64,000 bases of DNA, taken from a virus (Duplodnaviria > Caudoviricetes). The translations under genes were made by a program, and so were the position numbers. The notes under the pieces are model-generated. The model made no database searches. It was not told where the DNA came from and saw only the letters and a program-made list of their open reading frames with translations. The DNA is taken from the IMG/VR virus record IMGVR_UViG_3300021431_000076, positions 192,001 to 256,000 of that record, one strand, 5' to 3'. Every line of letters begins with the position of its first letter. Positions within the stretch are counted from its first letter, which is position 1. Positions 55,424-64,000 of the stretch are shown in pieces.

Positions 55424-55593
55424 TGTAAACTACACATTTGATTTAAAAGACATCCTTCAATGGATGTCTTTTTTTATTTTGATCTCCACTTATTTATTAA
55501 GGAGGTGAGTAATTTGTAGTAATAAATATATTTGTGTATCCAGTATACTGGATACACTAAAAACTAATCTGTTATATAAGAAAGGAGAAAGAA

Positions 55594-57183
55594 ATGAGCG
55601 AACAACTTCCAAACTTTAAGGTTAAGCTTAATTATCCTAACAATGAAGAGTATGATTACTTTACAAAGTTAGAAAGGATTAACTTAGACAAGGAGTGCGA
55701 TAAAGATCTCAGCCTGAATCACGGATTTATATGCGATGATCCACAAAGTATTAATAAACAAATTAAGTCTGAAAATGGTATCTTCTCATCTAAATTTGGT
55801 AGATCCTTACAGGATAAAGATCCATATATCAATCGCTATAGCTGCAAGTGTGGATATACTCAAGGATCTTTTAGATCTGTTCCTGATGATGCTAACTTTA
55901 ATTGTCCTATATGTCATACACCAGTAAAGCTTATTGGTGATGATTTTACTTACTTTGGTTGGATTAAGCTAAAGGATCAATATTGTGTTATTCATCCATT
56001 AATGTATAAGAGTTTGGAATCTCTTATTGGTGCTAGTAATTTGGCTGCTATTATTGAACCAGAAGTGGAGCTGGATGGTAATGGTAAACCAATGTCTAAT
56101 TATGATAAGAGAATCTTTAAAAAACAAAATGCAAGAGCATTTAAAAAGAAAGGAAAGATTGACCAAACATATGCTGGTATAGGAATGTTGGATTTTAGAG
56201 ATCATTTCCAAGAAATCATAGACTATTTCTATAGTAAGAAACCTGCTAAAAAAGATGTATATGATGATATCATGGAGAATAAGGATATTATCTTTACTCA
56301 TTCTATTCCAGTATATACTACTCAGTTACGAATAGCAAAAGTAGAGAATAAGAGATTTACATTTGAATCTACTAATGCAGATTTCAACTTATTGACCAAA
56401 TTAGCAGCTCAGGTTAATAAAGATAATCTCTATATCTATCGTAATAGAAAATATCAGAATCAGTTACTCTGGGATATGCAGTCTAAGATATCTCATCTTA
56501 CTACAGAGATAATTAATATCTTAGCAGGTAAGAAAGGCATTATCAGATCTACAATATCTGGTAGAATTGCATTCACATCTAGAACTGTTATCACTCCTGG
56601 AGCTAAATTACATATGGATGAAATTTGGATGCCATACTTTGCTCTTTGTATCTTGCTGGAACAGGTTATAATCAATGTATTACAGAAATCATATAATATA
56701 ACCTATGCTAAAGCATATAAGATTTGGTATTATGCTTCTATGCAAGAAGATCCTAGAGTAAGAGCTATAATAGAGAATCTTATAGCAGCAGGAAAAGTTT
56801 CTGGGTTGCTGAATCGAAATCCAACTATCTCTTATGAGTCTATGTTATATGTGAGAGTAACAAAATGTACCAGTGGATTTAGTTTGACGATCAATTCTTG
56901 GTGTCTTTGCGGCCTAGGGGCCGACTTCGATGGTGACACACTCAACTTCCTTATGATATATAATGAAGCATTTAGAAAGCAATGTGAACAGATATATTCT
57001 CCTAGAAATGCTTTCTGTATATCTAGAGATGATGGTATGTTGAATAGAAATGTAAATATATTTAAAGATACCATGATTAATATGAGTACTTTGGTTGATA
57101 TGTGTCGAGAAAACTATTCGCAAGATCAATTAGCTAAGATTAAAGCATTAAAAGAAAAGTATAGAGGTAAGATGATATGCTAA
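55594..57183 (+). CDS. RNA polymerase beta-prime-like subunit, N-terminal catalytic fragment (probably non-virion RNAP)
   Basis: GIFSSKFG, YSCKCG...CPIC Zn ribbon, GKKGIIRS..SGR..FTSRTVITP, LLNRNPTI, GADFDGD catalytic motif. Confidence 0.9.
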   Translation: MSEQLPNFKVKLNYPNNEEYDYFTKLERINLDKECDKDLSLNHGFICDDPQSINKQIKSENGIFSSKFGRSLQDKDPYINRYSCKCGYTQGSFRSVPDDANFNCPICHTPVKLIGDDFTYFGWIKLKDQYCVIHPLMYKSLESLIGASNLAAIIEPEVELDGNGKPMSNYDKRIFKKQNARAFKKKGKIDQTYAGIGMLDFRDHFQEIIDYFYSKKPAKKDVYDDIMENKDIIFTHSIPVYTTQLRIAKVENKRFTFESTNADFNLLTKLAAQVNKDNLYIYRNRKYQNQLLWDMQSKISHLTTEIINILAGKKGIIRSTISGRIAFTSRTVITPGAKLHMDEIWMPYFALCILLEQVIINVLQKSYNITYAKAYKIWYYASMQEDPRVRAIIENLIAAGKVSGLLNRNPTISYESMLYVRVTKCTSGFSLTINSWCLCGLGADFDGDTLNFLMIYNEAFRKQCEQIYSPRNAFCISRDDGMLNRNVNIFKDTMINMSTLVDMCRENYSQDQLAKIKALKEKYRGKMIC

Positions 57184-57386
57184 ATAAGTCATTCTTTAAA
57201 GGAACGATTCCTGATAATGTGGTATGGGTATATCTTGATAAAATTGAAAAGCATCATCTTAAGAATCTTATCCATGAATACTATATGTACTATCTGGATG
57301 ATGGCCAATATATGTATTATTTCAATGAAGCAAAGGAAATAGGTTTTGTGATCAAATTACATAAAGAAGAGGGTAAAGATCAATGA
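57177..57386 (+). CDS. hypothetical protein
   Basis: Coupled small ORF. Confidence 0.55.
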   Translation: MLNKSFFKGTIPDNVVWVYLDKIEKHHLKNLIHEYYMYYLDDGQYMYYFNEAKEIGFVIKLHKEEGKDQ

Positions 57387-57748
57387 GTGAAATGAATTTT
57401 GGGGATGCTAGTAAATATATTATGGGTAATTGTATTGATACCTTTGAGGAAACTGTACTCTTTGAACTGGGTATCGAATACACTAAGAAAGAGTATACTG
57501 AAGTTGATGAAGATGCTAAGATAGTCGTAATAGATTTTAAAACAGACTATTCATCATTATACTTCAGAGGTAAAGTTGATGAGGCTACTCTTGATCAAAT
57601 GAAAGAGTTTATTCAGGACTACTTTAACTCCTGTAGAAAAATACAGAATGTATTGGCAGGAGAATGTTCTACACAGTTCGAGTGTCAATCTAAAGATAAG
57701 AGTATGTATATCTCATACTCCTCGAATAATCTTGATATAAACGAATAA
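57383..57748 (+). CDS. hypothetical protein (paralogue family A)
   Basis: Similar size and pattern to 57759 and 58629. Confidence 0.6.
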   Translation: MSEMNFGDASKYIMGNCIDTFEETVLFELGIEYTKKEYTEVDEDAKIVVIDFKTDYSSLYFRGKVDEATLDQMKEFIQDYFNSCRKIQNVLAGECSTQFECQSKDKSMYISYSSNNLDINE

Positions 57749-57758
57749 TAGGGAGGCA

Positions 57759-58157
57759 ATGGCAATGTCATTTACTAAGGTTAGAAACAATCTGAGAATC
57801 AATATTCCTTTCATTAAGGAGATTGATGAGAAGAGTTCTGATTTCCTTCAAGATAGAGTTATTGGTCATACTCTTAATAGCTTCTATCTTCTTGGTTCAG
57901 AAAAGATTGAAGAAAATGCTCCTTCTAGAAAGGTAGATCCATTTAAGATTGAGATAATACTTGCTAGTTCTAGATTTATATTGAACTTGTATGACGTTTC
58001 TATGGAATATGAAGATATCATGCTTATGGTTAAGAACTTCTTCAAAGATATTCTTGCTCATAATAAGAGTTCAGTTAAAGGAGGAGTTATCTCTAAAGCA
58101 TATCACAATAAATTGACGTCTGAATATGCTACTTTCTCTGTTACAAATGGCCATTAA
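57759..58157 (+). CDS. hypothetical protein (family A, weak)
   Basis: GGGAGG RBS. Confidence 0.6.
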   Translation: MAMSFTKVRNNLRINIPFIKEIDEKSSDFLQDRVIGHTLNSFYLLGSEKIEENAPSRKVDPFKIEIILASSRFILNLYDVSMEYEDIMLMVKNFFKDILAHNKSSVKGGVISKAYHNKLTSEYATFSVTNGH

Positions 58158-58233
58158 TATACACATTTAAAGACAATAAGGTGTTGGAATGAATCCAACA
58201 CCTTAATTTATATCTATTTAGGAGGAATTTAAA

Positions 58234-58629
58234 ATGGAAATCAAAACTGCAAAAGAAATTAGAAAAGCTATGAAAGATAAATTTGAAAATAATAGCCAGC
58301 TTGCTTTTGAAACTGTTTGTGATACTATAATGAAAAAGATAGAGAGGTCAGCATTAAAAGATGCCCTCTTCTCTACTGAATATGATTTTGAAAAACAATT
58401 AGACTATCTTAAACTCTCAACAATTAAAGGAGAAGAAGAAAAAGTAATTGGGTATTTGAAGTTTATAATCAATTCTTATAAAAACAAATCGGATAAAGAG
58501 TTATATAATGCTTTTGAGTCTCAGGTAGTAAATCTTCTTATAACAAAAGGATATACAGTTGAGAAAGAAGAAGGTCTTTTAAATAGATTCAAAATTACTA
58601 TTAGATGGGATAAAGAGGTAGATGAATAA
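58234..58629 (+). CDS. hypothetical protein (paralogue family B)
   Basis: KTAKE...ITIRWDK; AGGAGG RBS. Confidence 0.65.
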   Translation: MEIKTAKEIRKAMKDKFENNSQLAFETVCDTIMKKIERSALKDALFSTEYDFEKQLDYLKLSTIKGEEEKVIGYLKFIINSYKNKSDKELYNAFESQVVNLLITKGYTVEKEEGLLNRFKITIRWDKEVDE

Positions 58630-58985
58630 TGGCAACTTATACCATAAACGTTAAAGATGTAGACTATCTTATTACTAAAGATTATAAAATAGAGCCAGAT
58701 GTGATTGCAAATGCTTTTAACTCAAAAGTTAAGATAGAAACTGCATTTATTGAAAAATATAATGCTCTTATTATACGATCATCTAAATCTGAGTTGTATA
58801 TAAGATATGGTAAAGATTTAAATATTGTAAAAGTTAGTGAGTTTACAAATAGTTTTATGGAAACATGCAAAGATGTATGTTCTATGTTAAATAATCCTGC
58901 TATTAATCTAGAGGTGAAATCTAGAGAAATAGATATCTATGCAAACTATAATACTGACAAATTTGGAGGGTATGAAAATGATTAA
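58629..58985 (+). CDS. hypothetical protein (family A)
   Basis: SELYIR...IDIYANY resembles SSLYFR...MYISYS in 57383. Confidence 0.6.
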   Translation: MATYTINVKDVDYLITKDYKIEPDVIANAFNSKVKIETAFIEKYNALIIRSSKSELYIRYGKDLNIVKVSEFTNSFMETCKDVCSMLNNPAINLEVKSREIDIYANYNTDKFGGYEND

Positions 58986-59352
58986 CAAGAAAACTGCTCA
59001 AGAATGGTCTAAAATGGCTAAAGAACAAATGGAGAAAAACTGGAAAATTGATGAGATAGTAAAAACAAAAGTAACCATACCAGAAGATATTTTAAATGCT
59101 GTTGTAAAATATGTAGATAAGAAGATTTCTGGATATGCTAAAGTTACTGGTAATACTTCTGTCGTTATTGATCTTACTAAGATTAGAAAAAGTATCACTG
59201 CCAATGAGAATGCTCTTGCTATATTAGGTAAGCATAATCTTAATATAGACTCATATATATTGGGTTCTATCAAAAAGAATCTATCTGATAATAAATTTAA
59301 AGTTATTGATCTGACTTCAGAAAATAAATTTATTGTTGATTGGTCTAAGTAA
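58978..59352 (+). CDS. hypothetical protein (family B)
   Basis: KTAQE...FIVDWSK; GGAGGG RBS favours ATG 58978. Confidence 0.65.
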   Translation: MINKKTAQEWSKMAKEQMEKNWKIDEIVKTKVTIPEDILNAVVKYVDKKISGYAKVTGNTSVVIDLTKIRKSITANENALAILGKHNLNIDSYILGSIKKNLSDNKFKVIDLTSENKFIVDWSK

Positions 59353-59367
59353 AGAATTATTTAAATA

Positions 59368-59382
59368 TATACTATTAAAGTG
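59368..59382 (+). promoter_or_regulatory. early-type promoter
   Basis: tatactat-taaagt-G followed by a 5' hairpin gtaggtg/cacctac. Confidence 0.7.
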
Positions 59383-59437
59383 TAGGTGTCTTATGGCACC
59401 TACATATATTATTGTTTTATTAGAAAGGAAGAACAAG

Positions 59438-59884
59438 ATGAGTGGTAAAGAAAACAATCAAACAACCTATTTTACAGCACTAGATTTCAGAGAATTAGCT
59501 GAGGGTAATTTAGATGAGGTAAAAGAAAATGCCATTGTCAATAAATGTTTGATGGCTAAGCTTATATCTAATATACGCTTTGAAGTTGCCAGTTGTAGTC
59601 TAGCAGGTATTAGTAACTGTAATGTATCTGTGAATTATTCAACTGTACCTGTACCTAGAGATTTATTGCCTAACATAATGAAATATCTTAAAGATTATTT
59701 CGAAGATGATAAGTTTGAGGTATCTATAGGAGAAAATATGATATCTCTCGATTGGTCTAAGGAAGGACCATATGGAGATATTAGTGACGAATATGATGAT
59801 GCTGAAAATTATGAAAATATGCACAAGCAAAAAAATAAGAAACAGCATGCTCCAAGAAAACATAATTTGAAGGTGGTGAAATAA
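59438..59884 (+). CDS. hypothetical protein (family B)
   Basis: FTALD...ISLDWSK; GAAAGGA RBS favours ATG 59438. Confidence 0.65.
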   Translation: MSGKENNQTTYFTALDFRELAEGNLDEVKENAIVNKCLMAKLISNIRFEVASCSLAGISNCNVSVNYSTVPVPRDLLPNIMKYLKDYFEDDKFEVSIGENMISLDWSKEGPYGDISDEYDDAENYENMHKQKNKKQHAPRKHNLKVVK

Positions 59885-59973
59885 AAATATTATCCCTTTA
59901 GTTTCTAAATCTTATAGTACTATATTATAAGGTTTTATGAATAGTATATGTATACTATAAGGAGGATTTAACA

Positions 59974-60273
59974 ATGAACAAGAAAGAATTATCTAAGAAG
60001 GTAGCTGAGAAAGCCAATGTTACTGCTGCAGTCGCAGGGGAATGCGTTACTGCTACTTTTGATGTTATCAAAGAAACAGTAGTAACTGGTGAGAAAGTAG
60101 ATATTGCTGGGTTTGGTTCCTATGAAGCAAAGACTCGTGAAGCTCGTGTTGGTCGTAATCCATTGACTGGTGAGCAGATTCAGATTCCTGCTTCTGTTGT
60201 TCCTTCCTTTAAAGCATCTAAGACCTTCAAAGACTATTTGAAAGAAAATGGTAAAAATCTGTTAAAGAAATAA
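59974..60273 (+). CDS. hup: HU-family histone-like DNA-binding protein
   Basis: MNKKEL...GEKVDIAGFGSYEAKTREARVGRNPLTGEQIQIPASVVPSFKASK. Confidence 0.95.
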   Translation: MNKKELSKKVAEKANVTAAVAGECVTATFDVIKETVVTGEKVDIAGFGSYEAKTREARVGRNPLTGEQIQIPASVVPSFKASKTFKDYLKENGKNLLKK

Positions 60274-60410
60274 ATTATTATAAATCTAGAGAGGAGTAAT
60301 CCTCTCTAGATTTTATAAATTGAAATAAAGATGGTGATTTTTTGTTTGCTTCATTTAATCATCTATTAACAGATTGCAAATCATCAACTAAAAATAAGGA
60401 GGGAGATATA

Positions 60411-62378
60411 ATGATGAAGTCCATCAATCATGATGATATAGAAATAATCGAAAGTATAGATCTTTCAGCTGATGAAACATACATTATGACAAGTTGGCTA
60501 AAACCATTAATATATGGATTAAATCCTAAAAAAATTAGAGATGAATTATCAATAGACTTAAAAGATGTTGTCTCTATTGATATTGATGGAGCACAACCAA
60601 TATTTGCACATTTAGAAGCTGGCCCACCTAATAAAGATAAAGATATTACCTTTAGCATGAAGAATGATTATGATAGTAAAATATATGATTATCCTATAAT
60701 CTATCCTATCAATAAATCTGCTTTAAAAGTAGCTAAATGGTTAACTTTACAATGCCTATTTACTAAAGGTTTAATCAGATATCCTACTTATAGTAATAGC
60801 TTATTTAATTATTTCTATATAGATGTATACGACAGAAATAGTAGTTGGCATGGTATACAAAGTTATCAAATTTGCTGTAAAAATGATCATGAAATATGCT
60901 ATAAATTTAGCGCTGATACAGAAAAAGACTTATTCACATTAACAAAAGATGATGTACTTTGTGTTAGTAATTTCTTAAACAATCCAGAATCACCACTCCA
61001 TAGTCATGTTTCTGAAGATTATAATAAAGGAGGTGAAGGTCCTATGTTTAATACTAGAACTGTATTAAATAGACTCAATGATATAATATCTACTAATATT
61101 GAAGCTGAAGGATATTTATTCCCAATTACATTTAATGAAATAGCAAAATATGTTGATATAGTGGATTTAGATAGAGAAACGAGTAGATCTATTTTATTTA
61201 AAAGTACTATTAATGGTGTAAGTAATAGAACCATAGATATATTTAAATATAGAGATGATGATAAATTTAAAGAACTTGATAAAAATATTGTAATATACCC
61301 ATATAGTACTTTGGCTGTGGATATAGTAAAATTTGTAGTCTTGCAAGAATTATATGCAAGAAATTATCTAAAATTTACACACGATAAAATAAATTATACT
61401 AATGGAATTGAATCTTACTGGAAATTAAAATATGAAGAAGATGAATATGTAATTCTCAATTCTGAAAACAAGGTTCGCTTCAAACTTCAGACACTGCCTG
61501 ATCAGTCTATTTTAAAATTTCCAGTAATTGAAATTAGAAATGGGTATGTTAAAGGTAAAGATGTTGTTCATGACACAAAGGACATTAGTTCTTGTGATTA
61601 TGATGATAAAAAAGAAGAAAAAGAAAAGGAGAGAAGAGGTATGTTTAATCACAAATTTGGTAAGGTAAGAGGTTCTGTATTGGCATTGTCTTATGATGGT
61701 AAGATTGCTGTTAAGAAAGCTAATACGGAAGATTATGTTCGCTACAATGCAGAAACTTCTACTGTAGAGAATATTAAAGATTTGGTTATCAATGATAACA
61801 AATGGTTCTTTATGATTCCTGCTACTGAAGTAGAGGTAGGAGATATCATCAAGTATAATGATGGTTTCTATCAGGTAATCAAGGTTAATGAAGAAAATAT
61901 CTCTGCTATTAATCTTATGAATTCTACTATGACTACTATTGTTAAAGAGACTATCTTTGGTTTGTCTTGCTATGCTAAGGTTATTAGCCTGATTGATCCG
62001 AGCACTTTTGGTGATGGTAATAATGGTATGATGGCTATGATGATGTTGGGAGATGATAATATGGATATCAAAGAACTGATGATGCTGCAGATGATAACGA
62101 ATGGTAATAAGAGTGGCCAGACCAATCCGATGATGATGCTTCTCATGAATGATGACATGGGTGGTGATGACGATATGTTCAGCACTATGCTCATAATGAA
62201 CATGATGAATGGTGGTAATGGTTTCGACATGAACAATATGTTCCAGAATCCCATGATGATGATGATGTTGCTCAAAGATGGTGACGGTAAGATGGATAAG
62301 ATGATGAAGTTCATGCTCATAAACCAGATGATGAACAATCAGAAGGCTGTTGAACCTGCTAAAGAAAAAGAAGAATAA
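60411..62378 (+). CDS. modular protein: two similar domains, a beta-rich domain and a Met/Asp/Asn-rich tail
   Basis: GGAGGG RBS at about 60398; internal RBS plus ATG at 61044 and at 61641. Confidence 0.7.
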   Translation: MMKSINHDDIEIIESIDLSADETYIMTSWLKPLIYGLNPKKIRDELSIDLKDVVSIDIDGAQPIFAHLEAGPPNKDKDITFSMKNDYDSKIYDYPIIYPINKSALKVAKWLTLQCLFTKGLIRYPTYSNSLFNYFYIDVYDRNSSWHGIQSYQICCKNDHEICYKFSADTEKDLFTLTKDDVLCVSNFLNNPESPLHSHVSEDYNKGGEGPMFNTRTVLNRLNDIISTNIEAEGYLFPITFNEIAKYVDIVDLDRETSRSILFKSTINGVSNRTIDIFKYRDDDKFKELDKNIVIYPYSTLAVDIVKFVVLQELYARNYLKFTHDKINYTNGIESYWKLKYEEDEYVILNSENKVRFKLQTLPDQSILKFPVIEIRNGYVKGKDVVHDTKDISSCDYDDKKEEKEKERRGMFNHKFGKVRGSVLALSYDGKIAVKKANTEDYVRYNAETSTVENIKDLVINDNKWFFMIPATEVEVGDIIKYNDGFYQVIKVNEENISAINLMNSTMTTIVKETIFGLSCYAKVISLIDPSTFGDGNNGMMAMMMLGDDNMDIKELMMLQMITNGNKSGQTNPMMMLLMNDDMGGDDDMFSTMLIMNMMNGGNGFDMNNMFQNPMMMMMLLKDGDGKMDKMMKFMLINQMMNNQKAVEPAKEKEE

Positions 62379-62475
62379 GTAATAACTTCATACAAAAGTA
62401 AATATATACCACTGGGATTTCATTCCCAGTGGTATATATTTTTAATGAAAGGAAAGAAAAGGAGGCTAACCTAAA

Positions 62476-63318
62476 TTGAAAACATTTGATGTGCCTTTAA
62501 GAACTGCTGTATCTGAGATCAATAAATTCAGATCAAACTACACATCCATTATTGTTAAAGGAAAGAATAAAAACACAGACTTCGAAGAAGTATTTAGAAA
62601 TATATTCAAAATAGTAGTAAATAATGAATCAGAACTGAAAACGAACCTGAAATACTTGGAAATTGATGATGACTCAGAGTACACTACTTCAACCGCATTT
62701 GAGAAGTTCGCAGAAGAACTTAAAGATATAACCAATAATATTATACCTAGTGCGGGTGTAAGAGATACTGAATGGTATTTCACTTCCAGTGATGGTTGTG
62801 TTGAGGATTATGTTTCACGTCATTTAGATAATCCATTAACCAAATATTATATACCACGTTTACTAGAATCCAGATTTGCTGTTGCTTGGGTAGTAATATA
62901 TAAGCTTTGCAAAGTACATAAGTTGGATAGAACCAAGATAGAAAACCTGGTTTTCTACTACTATCCTAGAAAAGATTTCGTGCGTATAGTTATAACCATT
63001 GATGGTAAAGATTATAAATTTGGATTTGCTGATGCCAGAAATAAAAATGTGTTTGATATGTTTTGGTGGCATGATTGCACAACATGTAATGCAGCTGATA
63101 GTGGATGTATATATATCAGTAAAGATGAAGAAGACGATACAGATACAACCTCAAAAGAGGAGATTAAAGATGGATTTGATGGCAAAATCATCAATCAAGA
63201 TGGATTTATAACATATGATTCTTTGGCTTTGAATAAACCAACAGAACAAAAGAGAGATAAGAGTAAGAAGCTTCTGAAAATGATGCTTATGTATCAAATG
63301 ATGAATGGTCAGAAGTGA
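62476..63318 (+). CDS. hypothetical protein sharing a C-terminal motif with the 60411 protein
   Basis: AAGGAGG RBS, TTG start; ends KMMLMYQMMNGQK. Confidence 0.65.
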   Translation: MKTFDVPLRTAVSEINKFRSNYTSIIVKGKNKNTDFEEVFRNIFKIVVNNESELKTNLKYLEIDDDSEYTTSTAFEKFAEELKDITNNIIPSAGVRDTEWYFTSSDGCVEDYVSRHLDNPLTKYYIPRLLESRFAVAWVVIYKLCKVHKLDRTKIENLVFYYYPRKDFVRIVITIDGKDYKFGFADARNKNVFDMFWWHDCTTCNAADSGCIYISKDEEDDTDTTSKEEIKDGFDGKIINQDGFITYDSLALNKPTEQKRDKSKKLLKMMLMYQMMNGQK

Positions 63319-63364
63319 TTAGAAAAGATAGCCTATATCATTAGGCTATCTTTTTATTCATCCA

Positions 63365-63379
63365 TATACTATATATTAG
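63365..63379 (+). promoter_or_regulatory. early-type promoter
   Basis: tatactat-atatta-G. Confidence 0.7.
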
Positions 63380-63394
63380 AAGGAGGAATGTAAA

Positions 63395-63682
63395 ATGTAT
63401 GTAAGACCTTATGAAGCTCTAGAGAAACTCGGTAATGAAATAATGTATATTGACGAGTTATCTGGTGAAACAAGAACAGGATTGGTTGTAGGAAAGGAGA
63501 GAATAGGTGAAAAAGCAGTAATGGTATTTGTTGCATCACCATATGATGATGAAAATGATAAAACGGAAGGGATGATTAAATATCGAGATATCATCATGTT
63601 TGATGATATGCCTATTGATGTGCATGGTTGGGGACGAGATGCTGTCCTTAAAGAATATGGTAAGTATATAGGAGTAGAATGA
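63395..63682 (+). CDS. hypothetical protein
   Basis: AAGGAGG RBS. Confidence 0.7.
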   Translation: MYVRPYEALEKLGNEIMYIDELSGETRTGLVVGKERIGEKAVMVFVASPYDDENDKTEGMIKYRDIIMFDDMPIDVHGWGRDAVLKEYGKYIGVE

Positions 63683-64000
63683 TGTTGTATTATGTAATTC
63701 AAGTCAAATCATATCAATTAGTTAGACAACAGAATTATGAATACAAAGAAGTATTCATGGAATCTCGAAATGAGAAGAAAGCTAAAAACAAAGAACAGAT
63801 GTTAGAGATACTCAAAGAGATGCTGGTCAATGAGATATATATCACTGAGAATGGTGGAAAGTTTAATAAGCTTACTCTGTTCAATGATGATAGTGGTTGC
63901 ATAATGGAATCCAAATATATAATAGCATATCATCCACTTCTGAGAATAGATAGAGTCTTTATCAAGTGTACTGACCATAAAAGACCTATAACTGATGATG
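63679..64000 (+). CDS. 3'-truncated hypothetical protein
   Basis: AGGAG RBS, ATGA overlap, frame open to the window end (MMLYYVIQVKSYQLVR...). Confidence 0.6.
   Translation, partial: MMLYYVIQVKSYQLVRQQNYEYKEVFMESRNEKKAKNKEQMLEILKEMLVNEIYITENGGKFNKLTLFNDDSGCIMESKYIIAYHPLLRIDRVFIKCTDHKRPITDD

Noticed and set aside
53652-57183. Introns or inteins in the RNAP genes
   Set aside because: Both ORFs are continuous and compact, with no intein termini or homing-endonuclease insert
59951-59965. Additional TATACTAT-N6-G match before the HU gene
   Set aside because: The predicted +1 would fall inside the RBS, and the match is part of an inverted repeat (cttatagta/tactataag); not counted as a promoter
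1-64000. Nucleus-forming phage markers (chimallin, PhuZ) and alternative genetic code
   Set aside because: No recognisable chimallin or tubulin here; long ORFs are intact under the standard code and all three stop codons are used

Overview
AT-rich segment (roughly 30% GC by eye) of a jumbo bacteriophage genome of the AR9/PBS1/phiKZ type, which encode their own multisubunit RNA polymerases. Strong GGAGG ribosome-binding sites, a Firmicute-like HU and many peptidoglycan hydrolases point to a Bacillota host. Recognisable genes: ThyX, a 5.5k-aa tail/tape-measure-like protein with six predicted hydrolase domains, baseplate/tail and probable head proteins, a RusA-like resolvase, RNase H, a kinase-like protein, a minimal PolB-palm-like protein, a Pol-beta nucleotidyltransferase, an HNH-like protein, two split RNAP beta-prime pieces (one with the catalytic DFDGD motif), HU and arrays of small paralogues. 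Two phage promoter classes can be read from the DNA: early-type TATAYTAT-N6-G (12 copies, all + strand) and late-type NACA-N6-TR (about 9 copies, mostly before structural genes). The least explained layer is RNA-based. It includes two promoter-driven pseudoknotted non-coding RNAs (1171-1487, 43248-43445) and three anti-Shine-Dalgarno tracts placed just before terminators, each complementary to the RBS of the next gene. It also includes a shared start-sequestering leader plus bistable terminator on two early cassettes, and a start-stop minigene before the catalytic RNAP subunit. All assignments come from motif recognition by eye; no searches were run.
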